DNA from: Escherichia phage phiP4
DNA: 64,000 nucleotides
Sequence record: PP993145.1
Strand: one strand, 5' to 3'
Below, piece by piece: positions 33,642 to 42,878 of the stretch (its first letter is position 1; every line of letters starts with the position of its first letter). A model generated the notes under the pieces. The model did no database searches, was not told the DNA's origin, and saw nothing but the letters and a program-made list of their open reading frames with translations. The translations under genes were made by a program, and so were the position numbers.

Positions 33642-33793
33642 AACGATGGTTTAATCACTGGTACAAGCGGTTTTTAGTACGCCGTCGCAAGTCTAGGCAT
33701 CAAGATGAGTGGCGGGAGTGGGCAAAGCGTAACGGTTGCCCACTAATATAATAATCACGGGGCGCAACTATCAGGGAGTGCCCCCAATTTTCA

Positions 33794-34370
33794 AATGATA
33801 ATCATTCTCATTTGACCGCGCCCGCGATGGTTAGCCTGCTAATGGTTCGGGTGTTACGTGTCGCCTTGTGTGATCGTTAGCTCGCTAACTAATTTTCAAG
33901 CCTCCTCCAATTTTGCCCTTGTTTTAGTATCCCCACCAAAATTAAACGCGTTAGAATGCGTTTGAGAGCGTTTTAACGCTATATTAGAATTATTCGCTGC
34001 GTAGGAATACTGTATATTTATCCAGTAGGATAAGCTGTGGATAAGTCTGTTAATAACGCCTCAAAATGGCTAGGGTTTTGTCAAGTCAAATCGTGCTGTT
34101 AATAAGTCTGTGGATAACTTAAATAACAGTGTTTCTCACTTCCGTTCTTAAATGAGAATCATTATCATTTGTATTTCACTATCTAACTAATAATCATTCC
34201 ACTATCTAACTAATAATCATTCCACTTTCTAAATGAGAATCATTCCGCTTTTTAAATGAGAATCATTTCACTTTTTAAATGAGATTGATTCTCATTTCAC
34301 TTTCTAAATGCGAATTATTATCATTCTCATTCCGCTTTTTAAATGAGAATGATTCTTATTATCATTCGTA
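33794..34370. promoter_or_regulatory. array of at least 7 Fur-box-like AT-rich palindromes (AAATGAGAATCATT family)
   Basis: 33794-33814 aaatgataatcattctcattt matches 16/19 of GATAATGATAATCATTATC; 34148-34166 matches 15/19; further copies 34231-34366. Confidence 0.45.
34010..34049. repeat. right 40-bp inverted repeat arm with DnaA boxes (partner of 30959-30998)
   Basis: Reverse complement equals left arm with 3 mismatches; extra tgtggataac box at 34103-34112. Confidence 0.75.
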
Positions 34371-34374
34371 TTTA

Positions 34375-34396
34375 GCGCAGAGCAATTGCTCTGCGC
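34375..34396. repeat. perfect 22-bp palindrome gcgcagagcaattgctctgcgc
   Basis: Read directly. Confidence 0.85.
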
Positions 34397-34400
34397 TTTT

Positions 34401-35000
34401 GTGCAAATCCGACATTGCTCCACGGGTGTTACGTGCGGGCGTGTATGTGCGAATCCGACAATTTTTGGTAGTGTGCAAATCCGACCCGAAAAATTTTTAT
34501 AGTGTGCAAATCCGACAATGAATTTTCCTAAAAACTCCAGCAATCCGATGCTGCGCATCAATCCTGTGGAATTAGCTAGAGTATGTGCAAATCCGACATG
34601 GGTTTATTTGTGCGAATCCGACAAGATTTTTGTGACTTCGATTGGAGGGTGTGTGATTGTGTGGGTTTGGGGAGAAGTTGAGAGAGCGAGAGAAAATAAG
34701 AGGAGAAGCTAGAGGGGCAGCAGTGGTGGCGTGCAACGCCTGATTTGCTGCGTTTTTGGGGAGAGTTGAAAAGATTTGGGTTAATTTGAGATTAGTGGAG
34801 ATAAAGTAAAATTTTATTAGCAAAATGGGGCAAAATAGCTTGACAAGTGAAAATTTCTGTGGCTCTAAAAACTCAGGCAATCACGGGCCTTCGGCCCGAA
34901 ATAATGCTGCCATTTTCAGGAGATTATATGTTCCTAAAAACTTAGGCAATTGTGCAAATCCGACCATAAATTTCTAGAAACACAATGTGCAAATCCGACA
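34401..35000. repeat. eight dispersed copies of GTGC(A/G)AATCCGAC(A/C) motif plus AACCGCC and ttcctaaaaac repeats; injection-stop-signal-like noncoding region
   Basis: Copies at 34401, 34447, 34473, 34503, 34585, 34610, 34953, 34987. Confidence 0.75.
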
Positions 35001-35473
35001 GTAATTTCTGGAAATGTGTTTTCAAAAAATGTCTCCTAGAAATAACCGCCCTCCCCATAACCGCCCTGTATTAAACCGCCTAGTATATGTTCCTAGAAAC
35101 TTGGGAGAACCGCCCACTAGAAGCGTGAGATCTCGTGAGTATTTCGTGAGAACTCTGGAGTTTCTAGGAAAGTGTTGTGCCATCCTAGCAGATGAGCGGC
35201 AACCGGTGTATCATCTTGAATGTAAATTATGTGGTCAAAAGTTTTACCTTTAATTTAAGTATAAGATCCCCCAAGATTGGAAGAGATGCTCCACCCCTGG
35301 GATACGAATTGCGTGAGATGGTACAAAACTTCTTAAGATTTCCCTAGTCCTTCGACAAGCTACGGGGGAAATAGAAGTTTCCCATCCACCATCCGTATCC
35401 GGGTGGATCTCTTTATTCTATGTTATTTCATAGAGTTATTATAACATGCAGAAATCATAACGTCAAGTAGAGT

Positions 35474-36364
35474 TTATTCATCGAACATGAGATTTCCTTT
35501 CATCCCCATCTCCGCATACTCCATGAGTTCTTTGATGGATCTCACGGGGTAATCTACTTTACTAAAGTTATCATAGATCTTACATGAACTCTCATACAAC
35601 TCGTTAGGTATCTGCAATTTGTTATCTGTTAGCTTCTCATAACGTGCAGAAGAATTTGTACCGTCAAACAGAACTGCGATAACTGCGGCGATTTGTTTAG
35701 TAAGATCATCTGCTCCTAGAATTATTCTATTAATAGCAATCGTTACTTCATGCTTAGGTTTAGCAGGTGGAAGGATAGGTTTGAGATCCTTAGGTAAAGG
35801 TTCTGTTCCTAGGAATCCTTCTTTTGTGCGGAACCAATAATTATCTAGATCAGATATCGTCTTAGACTTATTCCAAATAGTGAAGCAGGGTTTATTTCCT
35901 TCACGATCTCTGTATTCACGAATTGGAAGGTAATGATCAGGGAATGAATTGAGTGCATCATGCATCGGTGAGCCTGTCTTTTTGAATGACAAACCATACA
36001 ACTCATTATAATTCATAACTTCATCTTCGTAAACATGGAAATCTTTATATGCTGGAAGATTAAACCATTCCTGAAGTGAATGAACTGCAAAACGTTGTGC
36101 CCAAGCATGCATCACTAGAACTCTGTATTCTTTTACTTCATCTTTTGGAGAAGTACCTTTAGCTGTTCTAGCTGAACGAATACAGAACATCTCAACAACA
36201 CGTTTCTCATTTAAAGAGAGTTCAGAATAACAACGTTCATGGCAACCTTCTAGCATTTCTAGAAGTTCACGTAGTTTCTCTACATCGACCGGTGGAAAAG
36301 GTCTTTCTTCAACTGCGAATTTACCAGTTACACCTTTTGGTTTTCTATTACTATAAAATCCCAT
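35474..36364 (-). CDS. hypothetical early protein, 296 aa
   Basis: First ORF after repeat block. Confidence 0.5.
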   Translation of the reverse strand: MGFYSNRKPKGVTGKFAVEERPFPPVDVEKLRELLEMLEGCHERCYSELSLNEKRVVEMFCIRSARTAKGTSPKDEVKEYRVLVMHAWAQRFAVHSLQEWFNLPAYKDFHVYEDEVMNYNELYGLSFKKTGSPMHDALNSFPDHYLPIREYRDREGNKPCFTIWNKSKTISDLDNYWFRTKEGFLGTEPLPKDLKPILPPAKPKHEVTIAINRIILGADDLTKQIAAVIAVLFDGTNSSARYEKLTDNKLQIPNELYESSCKIYDNFSKVDYPVRSIKELMEYAEMGMKGNLMFDE

Positions 36365-36966
36365 TAATTACCTCTCTTATCTTCATTAATAGCAGCTCCC
36401 AACGCTTCAAGGATAGCATCACTCATACTCCCAGGCTTAAGATTATTAAAGTGAGTAACATAAATGGGACTTCTAAAACCCTTAGCATCCGCAGGTGCTA
36501 CGCTTCGCATATCAGATTCAAAAGCTTCTTGAGTGTGTTTCAACTGTACAGAAGGGCCGTAATCTTCCCCAAACTTATATGACTGCGTACTACTTACCAC
36601 ACTCCCACAAGGAACATTGTGCAAATCCGGTGATTTATTTAGCATTGAGATTGTCCCTGACTGCCACGGATCTCTAATAGTCACTGGAGTACTAGGGCGG
36701 TTCACCTCAGTCTTCACAAGTTTATATCCTGCATCGATTAATACGTTAATTAGATTATCAGCTGGGATGCGAGCCTTACCAAAAATCTTACGAGCATCTT
36801 CGAGCTTATCCTCAAGATCTTTACACGCTCTAAGGTCAGTGTGTGCAAATGTTAGCTTCATGGATTTGAATTGTACAGTAGCAGTTAGATCTTTAAAGCT
36901 ATAATCCCATGTGTTCAGTTCATGGTCTGGTACTACTTGAATAGATTGTTGTACATTAAAAGTCAT
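36364..36966 (-). CDS. hypothetical early protein, 200 aa
   Basis: ORF, start overlaps previous stop. Confidence 0.5.
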   Translation of the reverse strand: MTFNVQQSIQVVPDHELNTWDYSFKDLTATVQFKSMKLTFAHTDLRACKDLEDKLEDARKIFGKARIPADNLINVLIDAGYKLVKTEVNRPSTPVTIRDPWQSGTISMLNKSPDLHNVPCGSVVSSTQSYKFGEDYGPSVQLKHTQEAFESDMRSVAPADAKGFRSPIYVTHFNNLKPGSMSDAILEALGAAINEDKRGN

Positions 36967-37151
36967 TATTTATTCTCCAGTTTGTCTAATAGCTTATGAG
37001 CTGCTAGATTATATTGTTTGAGTTCACGATTAAGGATTTGATTCTCACACTTTAGCTCTAGATTCTTATTATTAAGAATATTGCAGATTAGTAGAAGTGC
37101 TAATATTAGTAACAGAGAACCTACGAGCATTAAAAGAAAAAGAGTTTCCAT
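36966..37151 (-). CDS. small membrane protein, 61 aa
   Basis: Hydrophobic N-terminal helix. Confidence 0.35.
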   Translation of the reverse strand: METLFLLMLVGSLLLILALLLICNILNNKNLELKCENQILNRELKQYNLAAHKLLDKLENK

Positions 37152-37693
37152 TATTTTATCTCCATTCTTAACTTTGAAAACTTATTATACCAAACTATAT
37201 GATTATCGTCAATTACAAATTTATGATAACATGCTGGTACGGTATAAGTTCCATAATCTGTGACACGCTGCACAACCTTGTGTGCACACAGTCGACAACC
37301 ATGCCCTTCTAAATGAGATCTAGCAGTTTGCCAGTAATAACCATCATGATCTGGACAATAGATCTCGACTTGCTGTTGCATTGTTTTGTAATTTACACGC
37401 TCATATCCAAAGAAAGCTCCATGAACTGCAACAGCTTTCTTGATAAATATAAGGTTTAGTGCTTCTTGTTGAAAGTCGGGATGTAGCTGCTTAATCTTAG
37501 TTCTATTAATAGATCCATCCGATTTGATGAACCTATTTATTGGAAAGTTGTTAGCTTCCTCGATTAGTAATTCATTTACTTTTTCTCTCATATTATATAC
37601 TCTCACAGCTAAGGTAAAAACATTCGTAAGCATCACCAGTAAACTCTTTATCTTGTAGTATACATTTAGCCTGGTCTTCTGGTACTCCGGCAT
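37151..37693 (-). CDS. hypothetical protein with Cys/His cluster, 180 aa
   Basis: HLEGHGCRLCAH motif. Confidence 0.4.
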   Translation of the reverse strand: MPEYQKTRLNVYYKIKSLLVMLTNVFTLAVRVYNMREKVNELLIEEANNFPINRFIKSDGSINRTKIKQLHPDFQQEALNLIFIKKAVAVHGAFFGYERVNYKTMQQQVEIYCPDHDGYYWQTARSHLEGHGCRLCAHKVVQRVTDYGTYTVPACYHKFVIDDNHIVWYNKFSKLRMEIK

Positions 37694-37850
37694 CTAATAA
37701 TTGTTGTTTACTTGGCTTTTCAGCGAATACTTTTACAAAATATTCACCATCCTGATTATACTCATTTATATCTCTAGTAAGGACATATAATTGCATCTGA
37801 AGTTCCTTGAAACACAAAAGGCCAGAACAATTAAGTCCTGGCCTCTAGAA

Positions 37851-38222
37851 TTAATGAAGTTGTTTACCACTTCTTAAAATAGTGGCCGTTTCCATAAGAT
37901 TTAACGTTGTATCACGCTTTTTGATTTGTTTGTCGAGTTCATCGGTACGTTTGCCAATGTAAGCGTTAATAGCCATATTCATAGCGGAGGCGAGATCTTC
38001 TTTGGTTATCTCTTCGTCATCTAAGGCTAATTTAGCCAAAGAATCGAAAGTACTAGAAAGTCCTATAAGATCAGAAGCTTCCCCAGCCAAAATAGGGTTA
38101 ACATTATCTATTGTTACTTCTAGCATAGAGTTAACAATATCTTCTCCGTCTACTAGACCAGATTCAATATTACTCTCCCATTCCTTCATCTGCTCCAGCA
38201 ATGGATTTTTCTTTTCTGTCAT
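37851..38222 (-). CDS. hypothetical protein, 123 aa
   Basis: ORF. Confidence 0.4.
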   Translation of the reverse strand: MTEKKNPLLEQMKEWESNIESGLVDGEDIVNSMLEVTIDNVNPILAGEASDLIGLSSTFDSLAKLALDDEEITKEDLASAMNMAINAYIGKRTDELDKQIKKRDTTLNLMETATILRSGKQLH

Positions 38223-38631
38223 GGTAGAGGTTTCCTGTGTCAGTTGGTAAGAAGGACGATTGAGCTTTAGGCGGATGTTGTTTAGTAATCCAGTTAAGAA
38301 TCAGTACACGACTAGGAACAATATCAGTGTTGCACCAAAAATCATGAACCCATTGACGAGCATCCTCAAACTTACCAAATTTATATGCTTTCTTAAATAA
38401 TTCAAACCCAAAACAATCTGGTGTAAAGTCTACTTCACGATATTGAATTACTTTAGAACCAGTTAGGTCTTGGATCGCTGCATTAATTTCTGTATGCGAG
38501 AATTTTGTTTCGTGAAACTTATTAAAGAATCGGTAGTTGAAGCGTCCGTTCGTTTCGACAAACAACTGGATGAAGAGATCGTTAAATTGGTTATCAAACC
38601 AGTAATTCTGTAGTTGTTGTAGTGCTGTCAT
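38170..38631 (-). CDS. hypothetical protein, 153 aa
   Basis: ORF. Confidence 0.4.
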   Translation of the reverse strand: MTALQQLQNYWFDNQFNDLFIQLFVETNGRFNYRFFNKFHETKFSHTEINAAIQDLTGSKVIQYREVDFTPDCFGFELFKKAYKFGKFEDARQWVHDFWCNTDIVPSRVLILNWITKQHPPKAQSSFLPTDTGNLYHDRKEKSIAGADEGMGE

Positions 38632-38828
38632 TTACGAACTCCGTTAATTGCCACGATGATGCCTTCGTACATAAAAGGAAGTAGCCCAGAAGTATAGAAG
38701 ATATTTTCCGTTATTCCTAGATGTCGAAAAAGTATATTAAATAACGCTGTTAGAAATACAATCTGAGGCAGTAATACAAAATATTCAGTTACAATCTTTG
38801 GTGCCTGATAAACAAGACGTTTTATCAT
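38628..38828 (-). CDS. small membrane protein, 66 aa
   Basis: Hydrophobic. Confidence 0.35.
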   Translation of the reverse strand: MIKRLVYQAPKIVTEYFVLLPQIVFLTALFNILFRHLGITENIFYTSGLLPFMYEGIIVAINGVRK

Positions 38829-38927
38829 TGTTTTTAAGTCTCCTTATTACTTTGGCCTGCTCCACAATAATAAAAACTGCAAGCACTAATAGTGCTATTA
38901 GCCCAGCAGTAACTGGTACTAAATCAA

Positions 38928-39254
38928 TCATGGGAGACGCCACACGTAATTAGCTGTCTGTAGGATCTTAGTGGTATCATCATGGTACATTACTACAGAC
39001 TTTGGTGAATAGCTATCAGCTAGTTCTTTACGAATCATTTCACACTCTTCACCAGTATCAATATTTTTAACTATCACTTTCATATTAAGTGGTGTTAATA
39101 CAGAAAGTGGTTTCCAAGAGTCCTCAATTTCAATCCCTACCTTTTTCTCGATTAACATGAGGACTTCTAATGTATCGTCCGGAATACTAATATTATTATT
39201 CACAAACTGTAATATCTCATGTAAGGTATTTAATTCATTAAAATTAAGCTTCAT
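38928..39254 (-). CDS. hypothetical protein, 108 aa
   Basis: ORF. Confidence 0.4.
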   Translation of the reverse strand: MKLNFNELNTLHEILQFVNNNISIPDDTLEVLMLIEKKVGIEIEDSWKPLSVLTPLNMKVIVKNIDTGEECEMIRKELADSYSPKSVVMYHDDTTKILQTANYVWRLP

Positions 39255-39489
39255 CTTTAAGAATATCCTCTACCATATCACAAGACTGTTGCAATTCATC
39301 CGCAATTCGTTTAATATCGGTTTTTGTTACTTTACCAACTAACATCACCAGTAACATAGAAAAGATAATAAGTGGAACTGGAATAACAAATAAAGCTACC
39401 TTAACAACATTCTTTGGTGCCCATGTGTGGTACTTAGTAACCAGTACACCAACCACAATTAGATAAAACGCTAGAATAAACATCATCAT
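39244..39489 (-). CDS. small membrane protein, 81 aa
   Basis: Two TM helices. Confidence 0.4.
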   Translation of the reverse strand: MMMFILAFYLIVVGVLVTKYHTWAPKNVVKVALFVIPVPLIIFSMLLVMLVGKVTKTDIKRIADELQQSCDMVEDILKDEA

Positions 39490-39767
39490 TTTTTAATCTC
39501 CGTAATTATCTGTGCACGCATTACTTTATTAGGTAATTTTGTATTCCCAGCTATTGCTTCAATATTGTTTAGTTTTTCTTTTAGAATATCTGAGCGTCTT
39601 TGCGCTAGTTCAATATCTTGTTCTTGTTCTATTAAGCGACAGTGGAGTCCACTATTAGTAATAAGCATACTCTCCATGTTTTTTCGTATGCTTACAATAC
39701 CAATAACCCCACCAATCGCTGCTAGTGTCATAAGCACTAGCAATCCAATGAGAATTTCAATTAACAT
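39486..39767 (-). CDS. small membrane protein, 93 aa
   Basis: N-terminal TM helix. Confidence 0.4.
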   Translation of the reverse strand: MLIEILIGLLVLMTLAAIGGVIGIVSIRKNMESMLITNSGLHCRLIEQEQDIELAQRRSDILKEKLNNIEAIAGNTKLPNKVMRAQIITEIKK

Positions 39768-39930
39768 TAAATACCCCTACATTTTTCGTTATCCGGGACT
39801 AATTTACACATTTCTACATTTAACTCATGGAGAGATTTGTCTACCTCAGTTAAGTGTACGTTAAGAGCAACTATATTATATATTAGTGTTCCTATAAGGA
39901 ATGACAGTATTGAAATTGATACCCTTTCCA

Positions 39931-40200
39931 TTATTTCTTACCTTTCAGTTGCTTAACTTCACGCTCAAAAGATGCTGCACGACGTTCGGCAGTTGCCTGA
40001 TGTTCTTTCGCAAAACGTGCTTCCTGTTTTGCTAGGTTGAACGCCATAGCATTCTTATTCAGGGAATCATACATCTTTTTCATTGCCGGGATAGACATCT
40101 TCATGAGCTGGCCTTCAAAACCCTGCATGTCGAGGAGAATTGCCAGAACGTTAGCCATTTCATTTTTAGTCATGTTTTCCATTAGAATTTCCTCTCTCAT
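39931..40200 (-). CDS. hypothetical protein, 89 aa
   Basis: ORF behind promoter at 40215-40243. Confidence 0.45.
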   Translation of the reverse strand: MREEILMENMTKNEMANVLAILLDMQGFEGQLMKMSIPAMKKMYDSLNKNAMAFNLAKQEARFAKEHQATAERRAASFEREVKQLKGKK

Positions 40201-40214
40201 TAACTTATGAACTT

Positions 40215-40243
40215 ATTATACAGAATTTTAAGGCTTAAAGCAA
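40215..40243 (-). promoter_or_regulatory. sigma70 early promoter (TTGCTT-17-TATAAT)
   Basis: Minus-strand -35 at 40243-40238, -10 at 40220-40215. Confidence 0.6.
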
Positions 40244-40260
40244 CTGAATTTTTTAATTAC

Positions 40261-40689
40261 TTACCAATCGTTAACGAAACCTGAGAACTCAGAAGCCAAT
40301 ACTTGCTCAAATTTTTCTGCAATTTCAGGATGATTTTTGCAAATCAGTTCAATGCACGCTTCTGGCGTCATCCCATCATCTTCAGGATTACCATAGTATT
40401 TATCCCAAAGATCATCAGGAATGATGCGTTCAGCGAGGTCTTGGAAATAAACTGCCTGATACCGTGGAGCCTCTTCAGCAAAAAGTTCTTCGATCTCTTC
40501 GTCTGCCTCACCTCTGTAATCTGCCATTAATAGGGCATCAGTTGCGTAACATTCCCAGACCATCAAGCGTTCAGAGATAGGGTTAGACTTATCCTGAACG
40601 TAGGACTGGAACAAGGTTCGGAAAGTTGCCTTAACTTGTTCAAACTTATCTGCTGCTGCGAAAACTAGAGCTTTATCAACTTTGTTCAT
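40261..40689 (-). CDS. hypothetical acidic protein, 142 aa
   Basis: ORF behind promoter at 40720-40748. Confidence 0.45.
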   Translation of the reverse strand: MNKVDKALVFAAADKFEQVKATFRTLFQSYVQDKSNPISERLMVWECYATDALLMADYRGEADEEIEELFAEEAPRYQAVYFQDLAERIIPDDLWDKYYGNPEDDGMTPEACIELICKNHPEIAEKFEQVLASEFSGFVNDW

Positions 40690-40719
40690 TTTGATTCCTT
40701 CTAATCAATTTATAAAGTA

Positions 40720-40748
40720 ATTATACAGAAACTTAAGCATTTTAGCAA
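40720..40748 (-). promoter_or_regulatory. sigma70 early promoter (TTGCTA-17-TATAAT)
   Basis: Hexamers read on minus strand. Confidence 0.6.
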
Positions 40749-40856
40749 ATAAAACTTTTAATTAAAATGCCTAATCCCGTGCCAATAGCAATACAAATGA
40801 TTATAAGTATTGCTATCGCTTGTATGACTCGTTTAATAATAGCCTCAGCTATATAC

Positions 40857-41378
40857 TTAGACATTTAACATCCAGCTAGTTTTATCATGTGAGGTATACT
40901 TACCACTCATGATGTCTTCCAGACGTACTGGTGATTTTGCATATTCGACACAAACGTTAATATAACGAGGATCCCCCATTAGCTCAAAGTGAGTATGCCC
41001 ATGTAAATTCTTCTTACCTCTCAGCTCCCCATGGTGTATTGGAGCATGGGAAAGCCAGAAGTTTTTATACTTAACTAGTGATTGTACGTTATCTACAACC
41101 CCTATTAAGTCTTTGAAAGATAATCCTTCTCGTTCTAAGTCGTGGTTTCCCAAAACTAACGTAGTTCTAACATTGCCAAAGAGTTTTTCGAACTTTTCCA
41201 AACCATTTCTAGATACAAATGCGTCTCCTAAAATATAGAATACTGTACGCTTATCTTTCACGGATGTAATAGTATCCATAATAAATTCGTCATGCTCTTC
41301 CATAGTAGAGAAGATTGGTCTGAATTTAGTAATATTTGCATGCCCCAAGTGGAGATCACTCCAAAAACAAACTTTCAT
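40857..41378 (-). CDS. calcineurin-like metallophosphoesterase, 173 aa
   Basis: DLHLGH, GDAF, GNHD, HGHTH motifs. Confidence 0.6.
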   Translation of the reverse strand: MKVCFWSDLHLGHANITKFRPIFSTMEEHDEFIMDTITSVKDKRTVFYILGDAFVSRNGLEKFEKLFGNVRTTLVLGNHDLEREGLSFKDLIGVVDNVQSLVKYKNFWLSHAPIHHGELRGKKNLHGHTHFELMGDPRYINVCVEYAKSPVRLEDIMSGKYTSHDKTSWMLNV

Positions 41379-42253
41379 TAAAGAACCCTCTGTACACCAC
41401 AGCTATCTTCCCGGAGTGTAGTAAATGTGGTGATTTTGCCCGTTTCATCGTTAACTTGCGCAACCGTCAACTGCCCGTTGAAAACACCGCCAGTATCAAG
41501 ATAAACACGGTTTTTATAGAGAAGTGGATAAGGAACCCCAGTATGTCCGTGAAACACGAAATCTACCCCTTTAACTTCTGGTACTTCTACCGTGTATTTT
41601 TCTTTAAATCCTGCGTAACGCTGGAAATATGGGTGTTCTTCTCCATTTTTGGACAAGTGGAAGCCTATTTCTTGGATTACATCTCGATCCCATAAATATG
41701 GCTCAACATGGTATCCAGGATGGTCATGTGGGTCTTCCTTAGCTGCTTCTACTTGCGCAATAAGATTATCCCATACTGGGGTTTCTACCTCATTACCACA
41801 TTCTTTGTATGTAAAAGGTACACCACCGTGAACAACACCAAATTTCTTACCACGATGTCTAACAGTTAGGAATATTGGCATTTTTTCAGCCATATCTTCG
41901 GCAATATTTTTAATGGTGTCTGCATCCAGCTCATTCATAGCCCACATACCACCGTTATACATCCAATTAGCCCAATCTCCCACAATCATAAATTGATCAT
42001 GATTACCACGGACACTGATAAAACGTGGATTATACAGGAATTTGGCTAAAACTTGTAGGTTTTGTGTGCCTCGGTCTATTAAGTCTCCGACACATACTAC
42101 GCAATCTTTTTTGCTATTATACCCAGCTAATTTCAACGCATCTTCTAGCAAATCATTGCATCCATGAATATCACCAACGAAAAACAAGTTGGCCTCATCC
42201 GGCACTACTAGAGTTTTATGTACATTAAATTCTTTTTTCATAATTATTCCCAA
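41378..42253 (-). CDS. Ser/Thr protein phosphatase (PPP family), 291 aa
   Basis: GDIHG, GDLIDRG, RGNHD, HGG motifs. Confidence 0.7.
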   Translation of the reverse strand: MGIIMKKEFNVHKTLVVPDEANLFFVGDIHGCNDLLEDALKLAGYNSKKDCVVCVGDLIDRGTQNLQVLAKFLYNPRFISVRGNHDQFMIVGDWANWMYNGGMWAMNELDADTIKNIAEDMAEKMPIFLTVRHRGKKFGVVHGGVPFTYKECGNEVETPVWDNLIAQVEAAKEDPHDHPGYHVEPYLWDRDVIQEIGFHLSKNGEEHPYFQRYAGFKEKYTVEVPEVKGVDFVFHGHTGVPYPLLYKNRVYLDTGGVFNGQLTVAQVNDETGKITTFTTLREDSCGVQRVL

Positions 42254-42517
42254 ATAACAGTTAAAATAGTTGTGCCATAGTCATTAGATAGTTGGAGAGT
42301 ATAACCCTCTTTATAGAGGGCTTTTATAGCTTCATAACTAATTTCATCACGATTAAACTGCACAAAAGAACCCCCCAATCCCCACAGAAGAAACTATTCT
42401 CTTTTTAACATACTTATATGGTTTCTTTCTGCTATTAAGAAGTGCAGCTCTATTTATCCTGGCTAAACGTTTTGCTTGTTCCGCTAACATTTAATCCTCC
42501 AATCAATTTATATAACT

Positions 42518-42546
42518 ATTATACCAAAATTTTTAGCAAAAAGCAA
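42518..42546 (-). promoter_or_regulatory. sigma70 early promoter (TTGCTT-17-TATAAT)
   Basis: Hexamers read on minus strand. Confidence 0.55.
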
Positions 42547-42548
42547 GT

Positions 42549-42580
42549 AAAATAAAAGCCTGATCAGCTAAGATCAGGCT
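42549..42580 (-). terminator. intrinsic terminator (hairpin agcctgatc/gatcaggct)
   Basis: 9-bp stem with U-run, downstream of 42588 gene. Confidence 0.55.
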
Positions 42581-42587
42581 TTGTTTA

Positions 42588-42878
42588 TTAGTCCTCTGGA
42601 TTATCATCCAGGAAATTTTTAATAGCTTCGTGCATAGTTTCTTTACGAAGCTGACGTCCAATCAGAATATGATTAGCTTCTACTCGACCATTGGGTAAAC
42701 GATCCGCCAGAACTACTACAGGAACTTGGCGCACACCAAATTTCTGCATTAATTCTGTATTATCAGTCTCTTTATGGATTTCCAAATTATAGTCACTGAC
42801 TACTTTATCAAATACTGGCTCAAACATTTTGCAAGGGTTGCAAGTGGAACCTTTCAATAGATATACTAATTTACTCAT
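42588..42878 (-). CDS. thioredoxin-like protein (CxPC active site), 96 aa
   Basis: CNPCKMFEP resembles thioredoxin WCGPCKMIAP. Confidence 0.5.
   Translation of the reverse strand: MSKLVYLLKGSTCNPCKMFEPVFDKVVSDYNLEIHKETDNTELMQKFGVRQVPVVVLADRLPNGRVEANHILIGRQLRKETMHEAIKNFLDDNPED

Noticed and set aside
34401-35000. Possible CRISPR array from repeated GTGCAAATCCGACA
   Set aside because: Repeats are 14 bp, irregularly spaced (24-330 bp), in both perfect and degenerate forms, with no cas genes; not a CRISPR
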